From a virus, in the IMG/VR virus record IMGVR_UViG_3300003154_000003, positions 1 to 52,295 of that record: DNA of 52,295 nucleotides. One strand, given 5' to 3'. Both the position numbers and the translations under genes were made by a program. The number at the start of each line of letters is the position of its first letter. The stretch's first letter is position 1. Shown piece by piece: positions 24,782 through 33,372 of the stretch. The notes below the pieces were generated by a model. It was not told the origin of the DNA, did not search any database, and worked only from the letters and a program-made list of their open reading frames with translations.

Positions 24782-25750
24782 TTAAATTCCACTTCCTGCA
24801 TATATAAGACTGTATGCCTCGGTAACTACATACTTACCTTCCCACCAAAATTGTAATATGGTGTCGTGGCTCTTGTCTTCCTCGTATTGGTTGAAATGCA
24901 TACCGTAGTTTGGTGCGGTTTGCCTTACTCTCTGGCCGTCAACGATTGTTTCATAAGATACCTGCGGGGCGCTGAACTTCGGGTCATTGAAATAATGCAG
25001 TTCTATACCGGGGTTATTCCGGTCCATACCCATTATTGAGCCCTCATCAAGTCCACTTATGACACTGTGAACGTCTGCAACGGCCGGAACGGTTAGATTG
25101 TGCTTGTTGGTGGTTGGTAATCCATACATTTCTTTAAGTCTAAGCATCTCAACGTCTACCTGTGTAAGATATTTACGCAGTTCGTAGAAGTTGGTTTTGT
25201 GTAGGAATACATCTGTCAACTCGTACATGTAGCCGTCGCGTTCCATGTCCTGAGACAATGCAAGCAGGTCTATGAACGGGTTAGCGGTTGCGGCGCTCCA
25301 TACAGCACCCGGGCTAAACGTTGAAGTTGTCCCGGCTCCGGCCTTTGCGGCAGTTAGCCATGCATCATTTATGATGTATGCGAGCCAGAATCCGGCGGTG
25401 TTGTATGCCTTCATTAACTCATTTTGTCCGGGTATTTCTTCCCTTATTATATCGTGAGTTATGCGCATACTAAAGCCCTGTGCGCTGGTTACATCTGCGG
25501 CGGTGCTTGCCCTTCCGATGTTGAGTTCTGGCAAGTCGCTGCCTACCTGAACCATTGGTAAGGCTGTTGGGCGGTTAGTGTCTCCACTCATTCCGAGCGC
25601 ATCCGTTCTATATAAAAAGGCTTTCCCCTTTTCAGGAATTGGCCGGGCCAATCCCATAAATTGCAGGAAAGTTTCGGCCTTTTTATAAACCAAAGGTAAC
25701 GCGGCCCCCATCTTAAGATAGCGGTCATTTACTCCCTGTACTTCACCCAT
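24782..25750 (-). CDS. major capsid protein (HK97-fold expected), 322 aa
   Basis: Track ORF. Its size and its position after the protease/scaffold gene support the call. AGGAG lies upstream of the ATG. No motif-level proof. Confidence 0.6.
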   Translation of the reverse strand: MGEVQGVNDRYLKMGAALPLVYKKAETFLQFMGLARPIPEKGKAFLYRTDALGMSGDTNRPTALPMVQVGSDLPELNIGRASTAADVTSAQGFSMRITHDIIREEIPGQNELMKAYNTAGFWLAYIINDAWLTAAKAGAGTTSTFSPGAVWSAATANPFIDLLALSQDMERDGYMYELTDVFLHKTNFYELRKYLTQVDVEMLRLKEMYGLPTTNKHNLTVPAVADVHSVISGLDEGSIMGMDRNNPGIELHYFNDPKFSAPQVSYETIVDGQRVRQTAPNYGMHFNQYEEDKSHDTILQFWWEGKYVVTEAYSLIYAGSGI

Positions 25751-25775
25751 ATTTTTTCAACTCCTGTTAATTAAT

Positions 25776-26411
25776 TTAAGCCCCCGTGGCTGCTATGAAC
25801 ATGCCGGTTATCCCGACCAATGCGCTGTATTCGTCGCCATCTGTTCCGGCCGCTACATAATGCAGTGGAACAACACCGACGCCGCCGCTTGCTGCGCTGT
25901 CAAAGCTTAGTACATGGTCAGCGCTTCCGCCGGTTATATTATACTTAAGAGTTGCCCCGACGCCCTGAACACATGCATTTGACCCGTTACACATGATTGT
26001 TGCTTTCTGTATTGTCAGGAAAGCCCAAAACTCAACCTGTGCAATTCTGTAATACTTCCCGGCTAGTCTTTCGGCCAGTGTATCGGCTGCCGCGCTTGTT
26101 GCTGGCTTGTTCAAAAATTCGGGACGCCCTACGATACGGCCCACGACTAGCGTTTCGCCGTCCTGTGGAACTTCTACCATTGGCAACCCGCCACATGCTG
26201 AAAAAGTGCCCGCGGTATCGTTGCTTATTGCTACAATGTCGCCTTCATAAAGTTCATATTGGAACGTGTAGCCCGTCGCATACTGGCCCAACGCATCATA
26301 TACGCGAGATGTTACGGTTATAGCGCCCTCGTCCAATATGCATGTTAGACGTGGCCCCCTGATTCCATACTCGCCCGGTATTCCGCTTCTTCCGTCTGTC
26401 ATTCTTTCCAA
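25776..26411 (-). CDS. hypothetical head protein, 211 aa (decoration or auxiliary)
   Basis: Track ORF between the scaffold/protease and the capsid gene. Confidence 0.45.
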   Translation of the reverse strand: MERMTDGRSGIPGEYGIRGPRLTCILDEGAITVTSRVYDALGQYATGYTFQYELYEGDIVAISNDTAGTFSACGGLPMVEVPQDGETLVVGRIVGRPEFLNKPATSAAADTLAERLAGKYYRIAQVEFWAFLTIQKATIMCNGSNACVQGVGATLKYNITGGSADHVLSFDSAASGGVGVVPLHYVAAGTDGDEYSALVGITGMFIAATGA

Positions 26412-26426
26412 CTCCTTATATTATTT

Positions 26427-27455
26427 TCAGATTCTCCATAAGGCTTCAAGCGCTCTTTGGGATTCAAGGTCCTCGCTTATTTTTTTCTCCGTCTGCTTAA
26501 ATTCTTCTCCCTGTTCTTCGTCGTCTTCCTTTGTGGTTTTGACCATGTTGAGAACCTTTAAGGTAAATGCGCCGGGGTCCTTGTCAAATTCCTCTCTTAA
26601 TTTGGTTTCGGCTCCCTCTGCCTTAAGCTGGCCTATGGGTATCTGTGCTTTAATGTCGTTCCACTGCTGGTTTTTAATACCTGCAAGTCTTGCGGTTTCG
26701 GCTTCCTTATACGTCTTTAATTCGTCCTTAGTGGTTGTAAGTTCCGTATTCAGAACTTCTATTTTTTCTTTATATTCTGCTTCAAGCGCTTTAATACGCT
26801 CTTCTAAAGTTGGTTCGTTTCCTTCGGGCAAGTTCTTTTCCTCCTTAAATTCTTTATCAGGTTTAGAATTGAATAAATCCTTGACTTGGTTTAATAGTCC
26901 GTCAAGCGTTTTGACGGCGTTTAAAAATCCGCTCCCGCGGTCCGCGGGTATTGTATTGCCATCTTCAACAAAAACTAAAAGATGATTGGGTTTAACAGAC
27001 ATTAATTTATCTTCAACCGATACCCCATAAAATCCCGTTGAAAGTGATAATCTGCCTTCCTCAATAAGTTTATTAAGTTCGTCGGCACGGTTGTTAAAAA
27101 TTGGTTGTGCAAGTAATTTAGCATGTCCGGTTATTTCTATTTTGGGGTTTTGTACTTTCCCCACGACTTCCCCCCTTATTAGCTTAACAGCTTCATCCGG
27201 TGACTTTTCGAATAATTCCATATTCAAATGTTCACCCGCAAAAACTATAGGCAGACCGTCCCAATCAGATAAGTTTTTTTCGAATGCTTCTTTAGAAAAA
27301 AACTTACCATTTATATTGGCGTCCAACGTTTGTAATATTGCGTCGTGAACAGATACAAATTGACCTTTGTTTTCAAATTTTTCTGTCTGTTCCTCTGGCA
27401 TAATTATCACTGTAATATTATTATATCCATTAACTATAAAAATATTTTGTGTCAT
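26427..27455 (-). CDS. prohead protease fused to a coiled-coil scaffold region, 342 aa
   Basis: The N-terminal half reads FSKEAFEKNLSDWDGLPIVFAGEH, which resembles HK97-type prohead proteases. The C-terminal half is a charged coiled coil (LEERIKALEAEYKEKIEVLNTELTTTKDELKTYKEAE). It is the first gene after element A3. The start may instead be the ATG at 27401. Confidence 0.55.
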   Translation of the reverse strand: MTQNIFIVNGYNNITVIIMPEEQTEKFENKGQFVSVHDAILQTLDANINGKFFSKEAFEKNLSDWDGLPIVFAGEHLNMELFEKSPDEAVKLIRGEVVGKVQNPKIEITGHAKLLAQPIFNNRADELNKLIEEGRLSLSTGFYGVSVEDKLMSVKPNHLLVFVEDGNTIPADRGSGFLNAVKTLDGLLNQVKDLFNSKPDKEFKEEKNLPEGNEPTLEERIKALEAEYKEKIEVLNTELTTTKDELKTYKEAETARLAGIKNQQWNDIKAQIPIGQLKAEGAETKLREEFDKDPGAFTLKVLNMVKTTKEDDEEQGEEFKQTEKKISEDLESQRALEALWRI

Positions 27456-27530
27456 TGCACAATTAGTTTAATGATTTTTATAATGCAATGCGTGATAACG
27501 ATTTAAAAAAACGCTATGCGTGGGTGCATC

Positions 27531-27594
27531 GATTTAAAGCCACTTTTTAAGCCCGTGGTGAGGTCAGTATATAAAGGGGTATACTTTCCTATTA
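27531..27594 (-). promoter_or_regulatory. Conserved promoter/leader element A, copy 3 (most diverged)
   Basis: It shares gatttaaagccactttttaagcccgtgg.gaggtcagtatataaagggg with the other copies. The minus strand has TTTATATA at 27575-27568 and a T7 run upstream. The ATG at 27529 opens an 8-codon uORF. Confidence 0.55.
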
Positions 27595-27739
27595 ACAAAA
27601 AAAGTTATGCGTTTTCAGCCATCCGATAGCGAAAAGGGTCTTATATAATTTGAAAAGTCGGCGGTGAAACCCAATCCTATAAAAGTTAGTGTCGGAAATA
27701 CTGTTTAGTAAAAATAAAAGAAGTCGTTTTTAAAGTTTA

Positions 27740-27856
27740 TCAATCATTCAAAGTTCTTGATAAAGTTTCTTCGTCGTGTTCTTCGGCTTGTATAGCAAGC
27801 TTTGCGGCCCGCTTATCAGCCATAATAAACTTTTCAAGTAATATTTCATCTGTCAT
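27740..27856 (-). CDS. small acidic helical protein, 38 aa (candidate immunity/antidote partner of the upstream toxin-like domain)
   Basis: My own translation gives MTDEILLEKFIMADKRAAKLAIQAEEHDEETLSRTLND. GGGGTG lies upstream of the ATG. The ORF starts 37 nt after the MuF-zeta stop and is followed by T-runs. Confidence 0.4.
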   Translation of the reverse strand: MTDEILLEKFIMADKRAAKLAIQAEEHDEETLSRTLND

Positions 27857-27893
27857 ACTTGACACCCCATATATTCAATTTTAAATATCGTGG

Positions 27894-29369
27894 TTATTTA
27901 GTAACTATTAGTTTATAAGGCTTTCCGTATTCCACATCTGTATCGTATACCGCGCCAACATCACACATTTTTAAAACTTCGAATTGATTAATATTAGCTT
28001 GTTCGGCGGTATCTATAACCATTTCAAGCGGCACATATCTATGTTCCGCGCCTTCGCCCACCAACCGGCTAACATTTCGCTGCATGACTTTTTCTAATGG
28101 TAGATTGGTAGCCCTCAATTCAACTTCATAACCTAATGACCTATATTTATTTATGATTTTTTCGGCTTTGTCCTGCCGCTTCAATGTCCCGTCTATTATT
28201 ACGTTGCTACGTTCTTTTTGTATCCGGGCCTCTATTTGGTCTAATACGTCGCTGGCCTCATCGTGGAATAATGCGGCATTCGGGCCAGTATATCCCGGCA
28301 ACATGTGTTTTATATCATCGTTGTTTATATAGTTAAAACTATCAAAATCATTTACATATTTCTTAAGCCCGCCTTTACCTGACCCGGACGGACCCCCGAA
28401 CAATATAACCCGGGGTTTATTTCCCGTGGCGGGCTTCCCGGCAAATGTTTCTATTATTTCATTATGAACCATTTGCCGCTCTTCCGTGTATACCCCGTTA
28501 ACTTGATTCAAAAATTTAGATGTTCGGCCTAATCTAACCTGTTCATCTGTTAAAATTATTTCGTTCATAATAGCCGGATGCTTGCTTATTTCAAGTTGCG
28601 TTTTTATAAGTAGTTGCCGCTTTTCGGCATCCGGGGTTATCTTGGTATATTTCGCGGGTATGCTCTCCGGCAAGTTGACCGGTGGAATATCTGCCGGTTC
28701 GGTGGGTATATTAACCGGCGGCATGTCTCCCGGCTTTGGAATTACCGGTATATAAGTACATCTGCAATTAGGTTCACCCAATGGTGGGGCGTTGTCTATA
28801 CTATACGTTTTGCCGTTTCGGTCGCGGTGTAGCTGCCTAGTTTTTGCATCTCCTACCGCTAACCATTTTAACTCTTTTACCCCATGCTTTTTAAAACGTG
28901 TTTCGGCTCCTTCCCACTGAATGCGTTTTACTTCCGTGCGGGCAACCATTGAAGCATGAGAGCGGCGAGCATTAAAATAATCGTGAAGTTCCGACGCAAT
29001 GGAATCTTTCGGATATCCCCCCCGTTTATATTCCTTAACTCCCGTCGGCTTTCCCTCTTTTACCCCCCGGGCTATTATGTCGGCTACGGTCTTCCGCTGT
29101 TCTTCGGACGATTCTTTAAACCACGGCTTAAATATTTTTTTGTCCATGTTTGGGCCGCCGACTACCCACGTACCCCCCTTTGTAATCAAATCTTTTTTAT
29201 ATTGTTTAGAATATGCTAATGCTTCTTTCTGTACCTGCCTAACATTGATAGATGCTTTTAATAGATTGCTCGCGTCCATGTCACCGGATGCGTGAGATTT
29301 TGCCGCGCCTCTGGCTAATATCTGCGAAAATGCAATGTCAAAAATATTAAAAGCACCATCGAACGGCAT
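27894..29369 (-). CDS. MuF / SPP1 gp7-family minor head protein fused to a zeta-toxin-like P-loop kinase domain, 491 aa
   Basis: The MuF core reads ARTEVKRIQWEG...WLAVGDAKTRQLHRDRNGKTYSID...GEPNCRCTYIPV. A Pro-rich linker follows with repeated PPVN[IL]P. The C-terminal domain reads YTEERQMVHNEII...RVILFGGPSGSGKGG...NVIIDGTL...GYEVELRATNLPLEKVMQRNVSR, which fits the zeta / AAA_33 pattern. Confidence 0.7.
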   Translation of the reverse strand: MPFDGAFNIFDIAFSQILARGAAKSHASGDMDASNLLKASINVRQVQKEALAYSKQYKKDLITKGGTWVVGGPNMDKKIFKPWFKESSEEQRKTVADIIARGVKEGKPTGVKEYKRGGYPKDSIASELHDYFNARRSHASMVARTEVKRIQWEGAETRFKKHGVKELKWLAVGDAKTRQLHRDRNGKTYSIDNAPPLGEPNCRCTYIPVIPKPGDMPPVNIPTEPADIPPVNLPESIPAKYTKITPDAEKRQLLIKTQLEISKHPAIMNEIILTDEQVRLGRTSKFLNQVNGVYTEERQMVHNEIIETFAGKPATGNKPRVILFGGPSGSGKGGLKKYVNDFDSFNYINNDDIKHMLPGYTGPNAALFHDEASDVLDQIEARIQKERSNVIIDGTLKRQDKAEKIINKYRSLGYEVELRATNLPLEKVMQRNVSRLVGEGAEHRYVPLEMVIDTAEQANINQFEVLKMCDVGAVYDTDVEYGKPYKLIVTK

Positions 29370-29380
29370 AATAACACCGA

Positions 29381-30739
29381 TTACTTACCCAACGATTTTA
29401 TAATGGGTTTTTCCAACTTATCAAATTCTTTGTTTATCTGTGTTGTCATCTCTGCCGTTATCTTGTCCTCAACTTTTTTACTCTGTCCCATAAAGTCGCC
29501 GTTCTCATCTATTCCCGGGGCTCCGGTTTCTCCGGCTGATTTGAACTCTATTAGTTCCTGTATTTCCTCATCTGTCAGCGGGTCCATATCGAGCAATTCA
29601 AGCACCCGGGACGGTGGCAAAATTTTATATGTTAAGCATAATTCAGCCTTTTTTAAGTTGGCGTCGGTTTGGTCAATGCGCGGCGATGGAATAGAAATTT
29701 CGATATGCCAACCGGGCGGGAAACTATTATATGTGAAATACCTATTTAAAAGTATTTCAAACTGTTCTTCAATCCAACCGTGTATAGCGCTTATAACTTG
29801 CGAAAGTAATTTCTCGCGTTCCTTTTCTCCGCCAGCTAAACCGTTTTCTCCCTGCCTTGCTATAAATCCGGCGGGGCTTATATAATCAATGACCATGTTA
29901 TAAAGGGCCCCGATAACTTCTAAGTTATTGCTGTCGTCCTTTATGTTAAGGTCTACTAGTTCCATATTCTGCCTTAATTGAAACGCGGTGTCTTTACCCC
30001 AATTTTGCAATAGTATGTTTGCATATTCGATATCCCCAACGTTTCCGTTTTTGGTGCTGGCTGGCTGTGGTTCTGTAACCTTTATAAATAGAACCTTTGC
30101 ACCTACCCGGTTAACCTGTTGCATCTGGCTATTCCATGTGTATTTTAACATGTCTATAATGGGTATAAGTGGCAATAGTTCCGGGTCGCCGTCAATATAT
30201 CGGCTGGTTGGATTCATTATAATAGCGGCATTTTCGATTAATACGGTTTTGCCTTCGCTGTTTGTCTGCCAGCATTCAACCTCTCCCTCTTTGTTTAATG
30301 CTATTCCCTGCAACCTGCGGGCGTATATTGTAGTAACTCCCGGCGGGGCAATTGTGAAACTGTCGGCCGGTAAGTGGCGCAACTTCTTAAGAATAACCGC
30401 GTTGCTGTCTTCTGCTTTTCCCCACACGTCGTTAAAAATGCTTACGCCATGCCATAGGGTATCGTCATACGCTTTTTGCATCTGCGCCCACATACGCACG
30501 TCGTCACACATTTTTGACACTATAGTACTTTGCTCTTCGTCTATATTTCCGTCCGGGTCAATTACTGTAAGGGTGTACTCGTCGGGAAATATCAACGACT
30601 GCAACCGGCGGCTTATTCCTTTACCATAAATATTTTGCCGTGTGTTCTCTACCGTTTCCGGGGTTATTTCATCACTCGAGTAAATTGTCCCGGTCGATGC
30701 TATGTATACGTCGCCTACTTCGCCTTTTTCTTTTACCAT
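29381..30739 (-). CDS. portal protein, 452 aa
   Basis: Track ORF between terL and the MuF gene; the size is appropriate. The call rests on synteny. Confidence 0.65.
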   Translation of the reverse strand: MVKEKGEVGDVYIASTGTIYSSDEITPETVENTRQNIYGKGISRRLQSLIFPDEYTLTVIDPDGNIDEEQSTIVSKMCDDVRMWAQMQKAYDDTLWHGVSIFNDVWGKAEDSNAVILKKLRHLPADSFTIAPPGVTTIYARRLQGIALNKEGEVECWQTNSEGKTVLIENAAIIMNPTSRYIDGDPELLPLIPIIDMLKYTWNSQMQQVNRVGAKVLFIKVTEPQPASTKNGNVGDIEYANILLQNWGKDTAFQLRQNMELVDLNIKDDSNNLEVIGALYNMVIDYISPAGFIARQGENGLAGGEKEREKLLSQVISAIHGWIEEQFEILLNRYFTYNSFPPGWHIEISIPSPRIDQTDANLKKAELCLTYKILPPSRVLELLDMDPLTDEEIQELIEFKSAGETGAPGIDENGDFMGQSKKVEDKITAEMTTQINKEFDKLEKPIIKSLGK

Positions 30740-32154
30740 AATCCCGGCCTCCGGGTTTGTTTAAATATCTCTTTTGCTCTGTACTTGTTCCCTATTGCAT
30801 CTTCTTTGCCCGGCGGTTTATCGGTGGTTTCGTCGATGTTGAACGCCTGACAAACATAACGTAATGCATCCAGCCTATGAAATTTTTCTTTATCTTTTAT
30901 TTTAAGGGTTGGCTGCGCGTTAGCATCCAGCACTCGCGCATAAGTTCCTATTTCATCGAACAGCCCTCTATTATCTTGGTTATCAAAAATGTATAAACGT
31001 TTTTCTTTAAATAATCTTATAATTCTGCCAATGCCCACTTCGACGTCACTATACACCGGTTCCTCTACTTTTATACCCGCGTCGGTCCAATCCATACGAA
31101 ATTGTTTTTCAGACTTCGCGCCACCCATCCACTTAATAACGTGATTAAAATCTTCATATTGTTTAACATCGGCCACATGCTGCCCGGTTGTTTTGTTCCC
31201 GTCTAAACTGCTACGGTAAGCATAGAACCTGCCCCGGGCTTCGTCGGCAGCTACATACACCAATGCAGTGTTAACCGCTCCCGGGTCAATCCCCACATAA
31301 CGCGGCCACGCTGCCGGAATCGTAAAGGGTTTTATTCTGTGTATTTCCTCGTCGTAATCCTCGTATATCATACCGGCGGGCCTTGCATACTCTCCCATGT
31401 AGAACATTTTGAATTTCCACAGAGGCATAGTAAGTTTTCTTTTCTCGTATTCCTTTTTTGGAAAGGTTGGATTCATTATACTAGTAAATTGTATTACATC
31501 TATGTCCGGGTCGCCCGCTTTCCATTTATCATATATTTCTGTCTTCATCCATCCGAGATTATATATTGTTGTGGTGGCTAATACGCGGCCTTCGTATATC
31601 GATAACCTTCTTAATATAGCATCCCACGCCTCTATTCTGAAACTGTCCTGTCCCACTTCGTCAAGATGCGCAGCTTTAATTGTTGCTGATTCGAGCGAGT
31701 CCGGGTTATCTGCACTTGCAAAGAAAATATTATATTCTGTACCGTCCGGCTCGGTAACTTTCATAACTCTTTCGGATTTAACATATTTGCCAATGTGCAT
31801 GTGATAGTCAAAATAATTATTATATTCAGGTAATAATTTGCGCTGTTGAAGCGGATAGGAGGGCGATATTGCCATATAGTCGCCCGGGCCGCATTTCTTC
31901 ATTTCGTTCCATAACCACACCGGCCCTATTGCCGTCTTGCCGCTCTGCGTTCCAGCGAGAGCAAAAATAAAACGTTTTTCAGACATTAAAGCGGCTGCCT
32001 GTCCGTCGTGTGGGTATACTCGAAAAACTCCATCGGCATCAACTTGATATAATTTAGGTAGTTGTTGTTTTTTATTTAGGCTCGGGTGCTCAAGTTTTGT
32101 TCTTTGTTTCATGGTCACCCGCCTTCTTTTTGGTGTCCGGCATGATAATTTCAA
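30733..32154 (-). CDS. terL: terminase large subunit
   Basis: Motifs read: Walker A LAGTQSGKT, Walker B AAHLDEVG, and nuclease-domain acidic motifs VGIDPGAV and HRLDALRY. The start may be the downstream ATG (MKQRTK) at 32112. Confidence 0.85.
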   Translation of the reverse strand: MKLSCRTPKRRRVTMKQRTKLEHPSLNKKQQLPKLYQVDADGVFRVYPHDGQAAALMSEKRFIFALAGTQSGKTAIGPVWLWNEMKKCGPGDYMAISPSYPLQQRKLLPEYNNYFDYHMHIGKYVKSERVMKVTEPDGTEYNIFFASADNPDSLESATIKAAHLDEVGQDSFRIEAWDAILRRLSIYEGRVLATTTIYNLGWMKTEIYDKWKAGDPDIDVIQFTSIMNPTFPKKEYEKRKLTMPLWKFKMFYMGEYARPAGMIYEDYDEEIHRIKPFTIPAAWPRYVGIDPGAVNTALVYVAADEARGRFYAYRSSLDGNKTTGQHVADVKQYEDFNHVIKWMGGAKSEKQFRMDWTDAGIKVEEPVYSDVEVGIGRIIRLFKEKRLYIFDNQDNRGLFDEIGTYARVLDANAQPTLKIKDKEKFHRLDALRYVCQAFNIDETTDKPPGKEDAIGNKYRAKEIFKQTRRPGLW

Positions 32155-32671
32155 TGTGTGTAACTGGCACCTTTCCGGTGGTGTTTTCCCCGTCGCCTAA
32201 TCCTGCGCTTAGTTGTTCCAATTTAACAGCGCTTTCAATCATTTTATATAATGTGTTGATATCAATGTCGGGAGTTTGCCCGTTCTCGATTTGGTCTAAC
32301 AAATCCTTAAGTTTTGCTTCACCAACTTTTTGAACTTTTTGAGCTAGAGCAATATGTCTTTTTCTCATAGCTATTTTTTCTCTCATTTCCTCGGTCTTAA
32401 GTATTTTTAATTCCCATTCATCAATAGCATTTATGCGCTCTCTCCATCTGTAAGTATGACTGTATTGGTATAAAGCATGTGGGTTCTTATATTTTAGTAT
32501 TCTGGCTACGTTTATTATACTCCTATATTCCGGGGTTTTGGGGTTAACGTCTGGCCTTAATTCCATATAAATTTTAAAAGCCGCAAATGCTTTGTCGGTT
32601 TCCTCCGGTAATTGGTCCCACGGATAAACCTCATCGGGTATTAAAAATATATCGTTCTTGCGGCTTGTCAT
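32090..32671 (-). CDS. terS: terminase small subunit, 193 aa
   Basis: It lies directly upstream of terL and overlaps it. The N-terminal HTH-like pattern EETDKAFAAFKIYMEL...RSIINVARIL...YQYSHTYRWRERINAIDEW is followed by a coiled coil. Confidence 0.6.
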   Translation of the reverse strand: MTSRKNDIFLIPDEVYPWDQLPEETDKAFAAFKIYMELRPDVNPKTPEYRSIINVARILKYKNPHALYQYSHTYRWRERINAIDEWELKILKTEEMREKIAMRKRHIALAQKVQKVGEAKLKDLLDQIENGQTPDIDINTLYKMIESAVKLEQLSAGLGDGENTTGKVPVTHIEIIMPDTKKKAGDHETKNKT

Positions 32672-32683
32672 TTATTTGGCTCC

Positions 32684-33202
32684 TTATGTTGTCCTTGATT
32701 TGGTAACGGCTGACCCGCTATCCTGTAAGGTATGTGTTGAAATTATTGTCGCGTCGTCGTCCTCATAGGTTGTTATAGCGGTTTCGGATACGGTTTGTTT
32801 GTTTAATAGTATTGCGTGAATCTCCCGTATTTTCTGGCCGACGGTTGCGTCGGTGTTATGTACGGCGCTGCTTAGTACTTCATCTAATAAAACATCTTCG
32901 GCTGGCGTCACTATATCGACCGTCCGGGTTTCGGGGTCTATACCGGTACCCGTTACAGTTATACACAGTTCCCCGGCAGATGCAACCATAGCCGCGATAC
33001 TTACTAACATTTTATAGACGCCGGGCATGTGGGACGAACTAACCTCTACAAGTGATACCGCGGCCTCTGTTGCGCTGCCGCCGTTGATACTATACCAGAC
33101 GCTTAAACCTGATATTGTCCCGGTCATTCTGCTAATGTGGTCTACACTTTGGGTAATAACCCAATATATATATTTTCCTGTGTCGCCTACGTCTATCCTC
33201 AT
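32684..33202 (-). CDS. hypothetical protein, 172 aa
   Basis: Track ORF; GGCGGGGGA lies upstream of the ATG. Confidence 0.5.
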   Translation of the reverse strand: MRIDVGDTGKYIYWVITQSVDHISRMTGTISGLSVWYSINGGSATEAAVSLVEVSSSHMPGVYKMLVSIAAMVASAGELCITVTGTGIDPETRTVDIVTPAEDVLLDEVLSSAVHNTDATVGQKIREIHAILLNKQTVSETAITTYEDDDATIISTHTLQDSGSAVTKSRTT

Positions 33203-33372
33203 AGTTTGTTCATTCCCCCGCCTAAATTCCTGTTAGTAGTCATGCGTTTATTATATCCGAATTTGCGCGACCTCAACCGGGCGTAAGCGTGGGTAGTGGG
33301 CGGCTCTTCGGTGGTGGTTCCCGGGTAATCTGTACCCGGGTAAGTTGTAGAAGATGGGTATAATGTAGCCGT

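Noticed and set aside
26338-26985. Long plus-strand ORFs in the track, for example 26338-26985, 29988-30629, 29403-29885, 49810-50310, 2908-3426, 20709-21155, 36522-36962 and 246-470.
   Set aside because: Each lies antisense to a longer, motif-supported or tightly packed minus-strand gene. Their products are low-complexity (Ser/Leu/Phe/Cys-rich) and lack ribosome-binding sites. I treat them as shadow ORFs.
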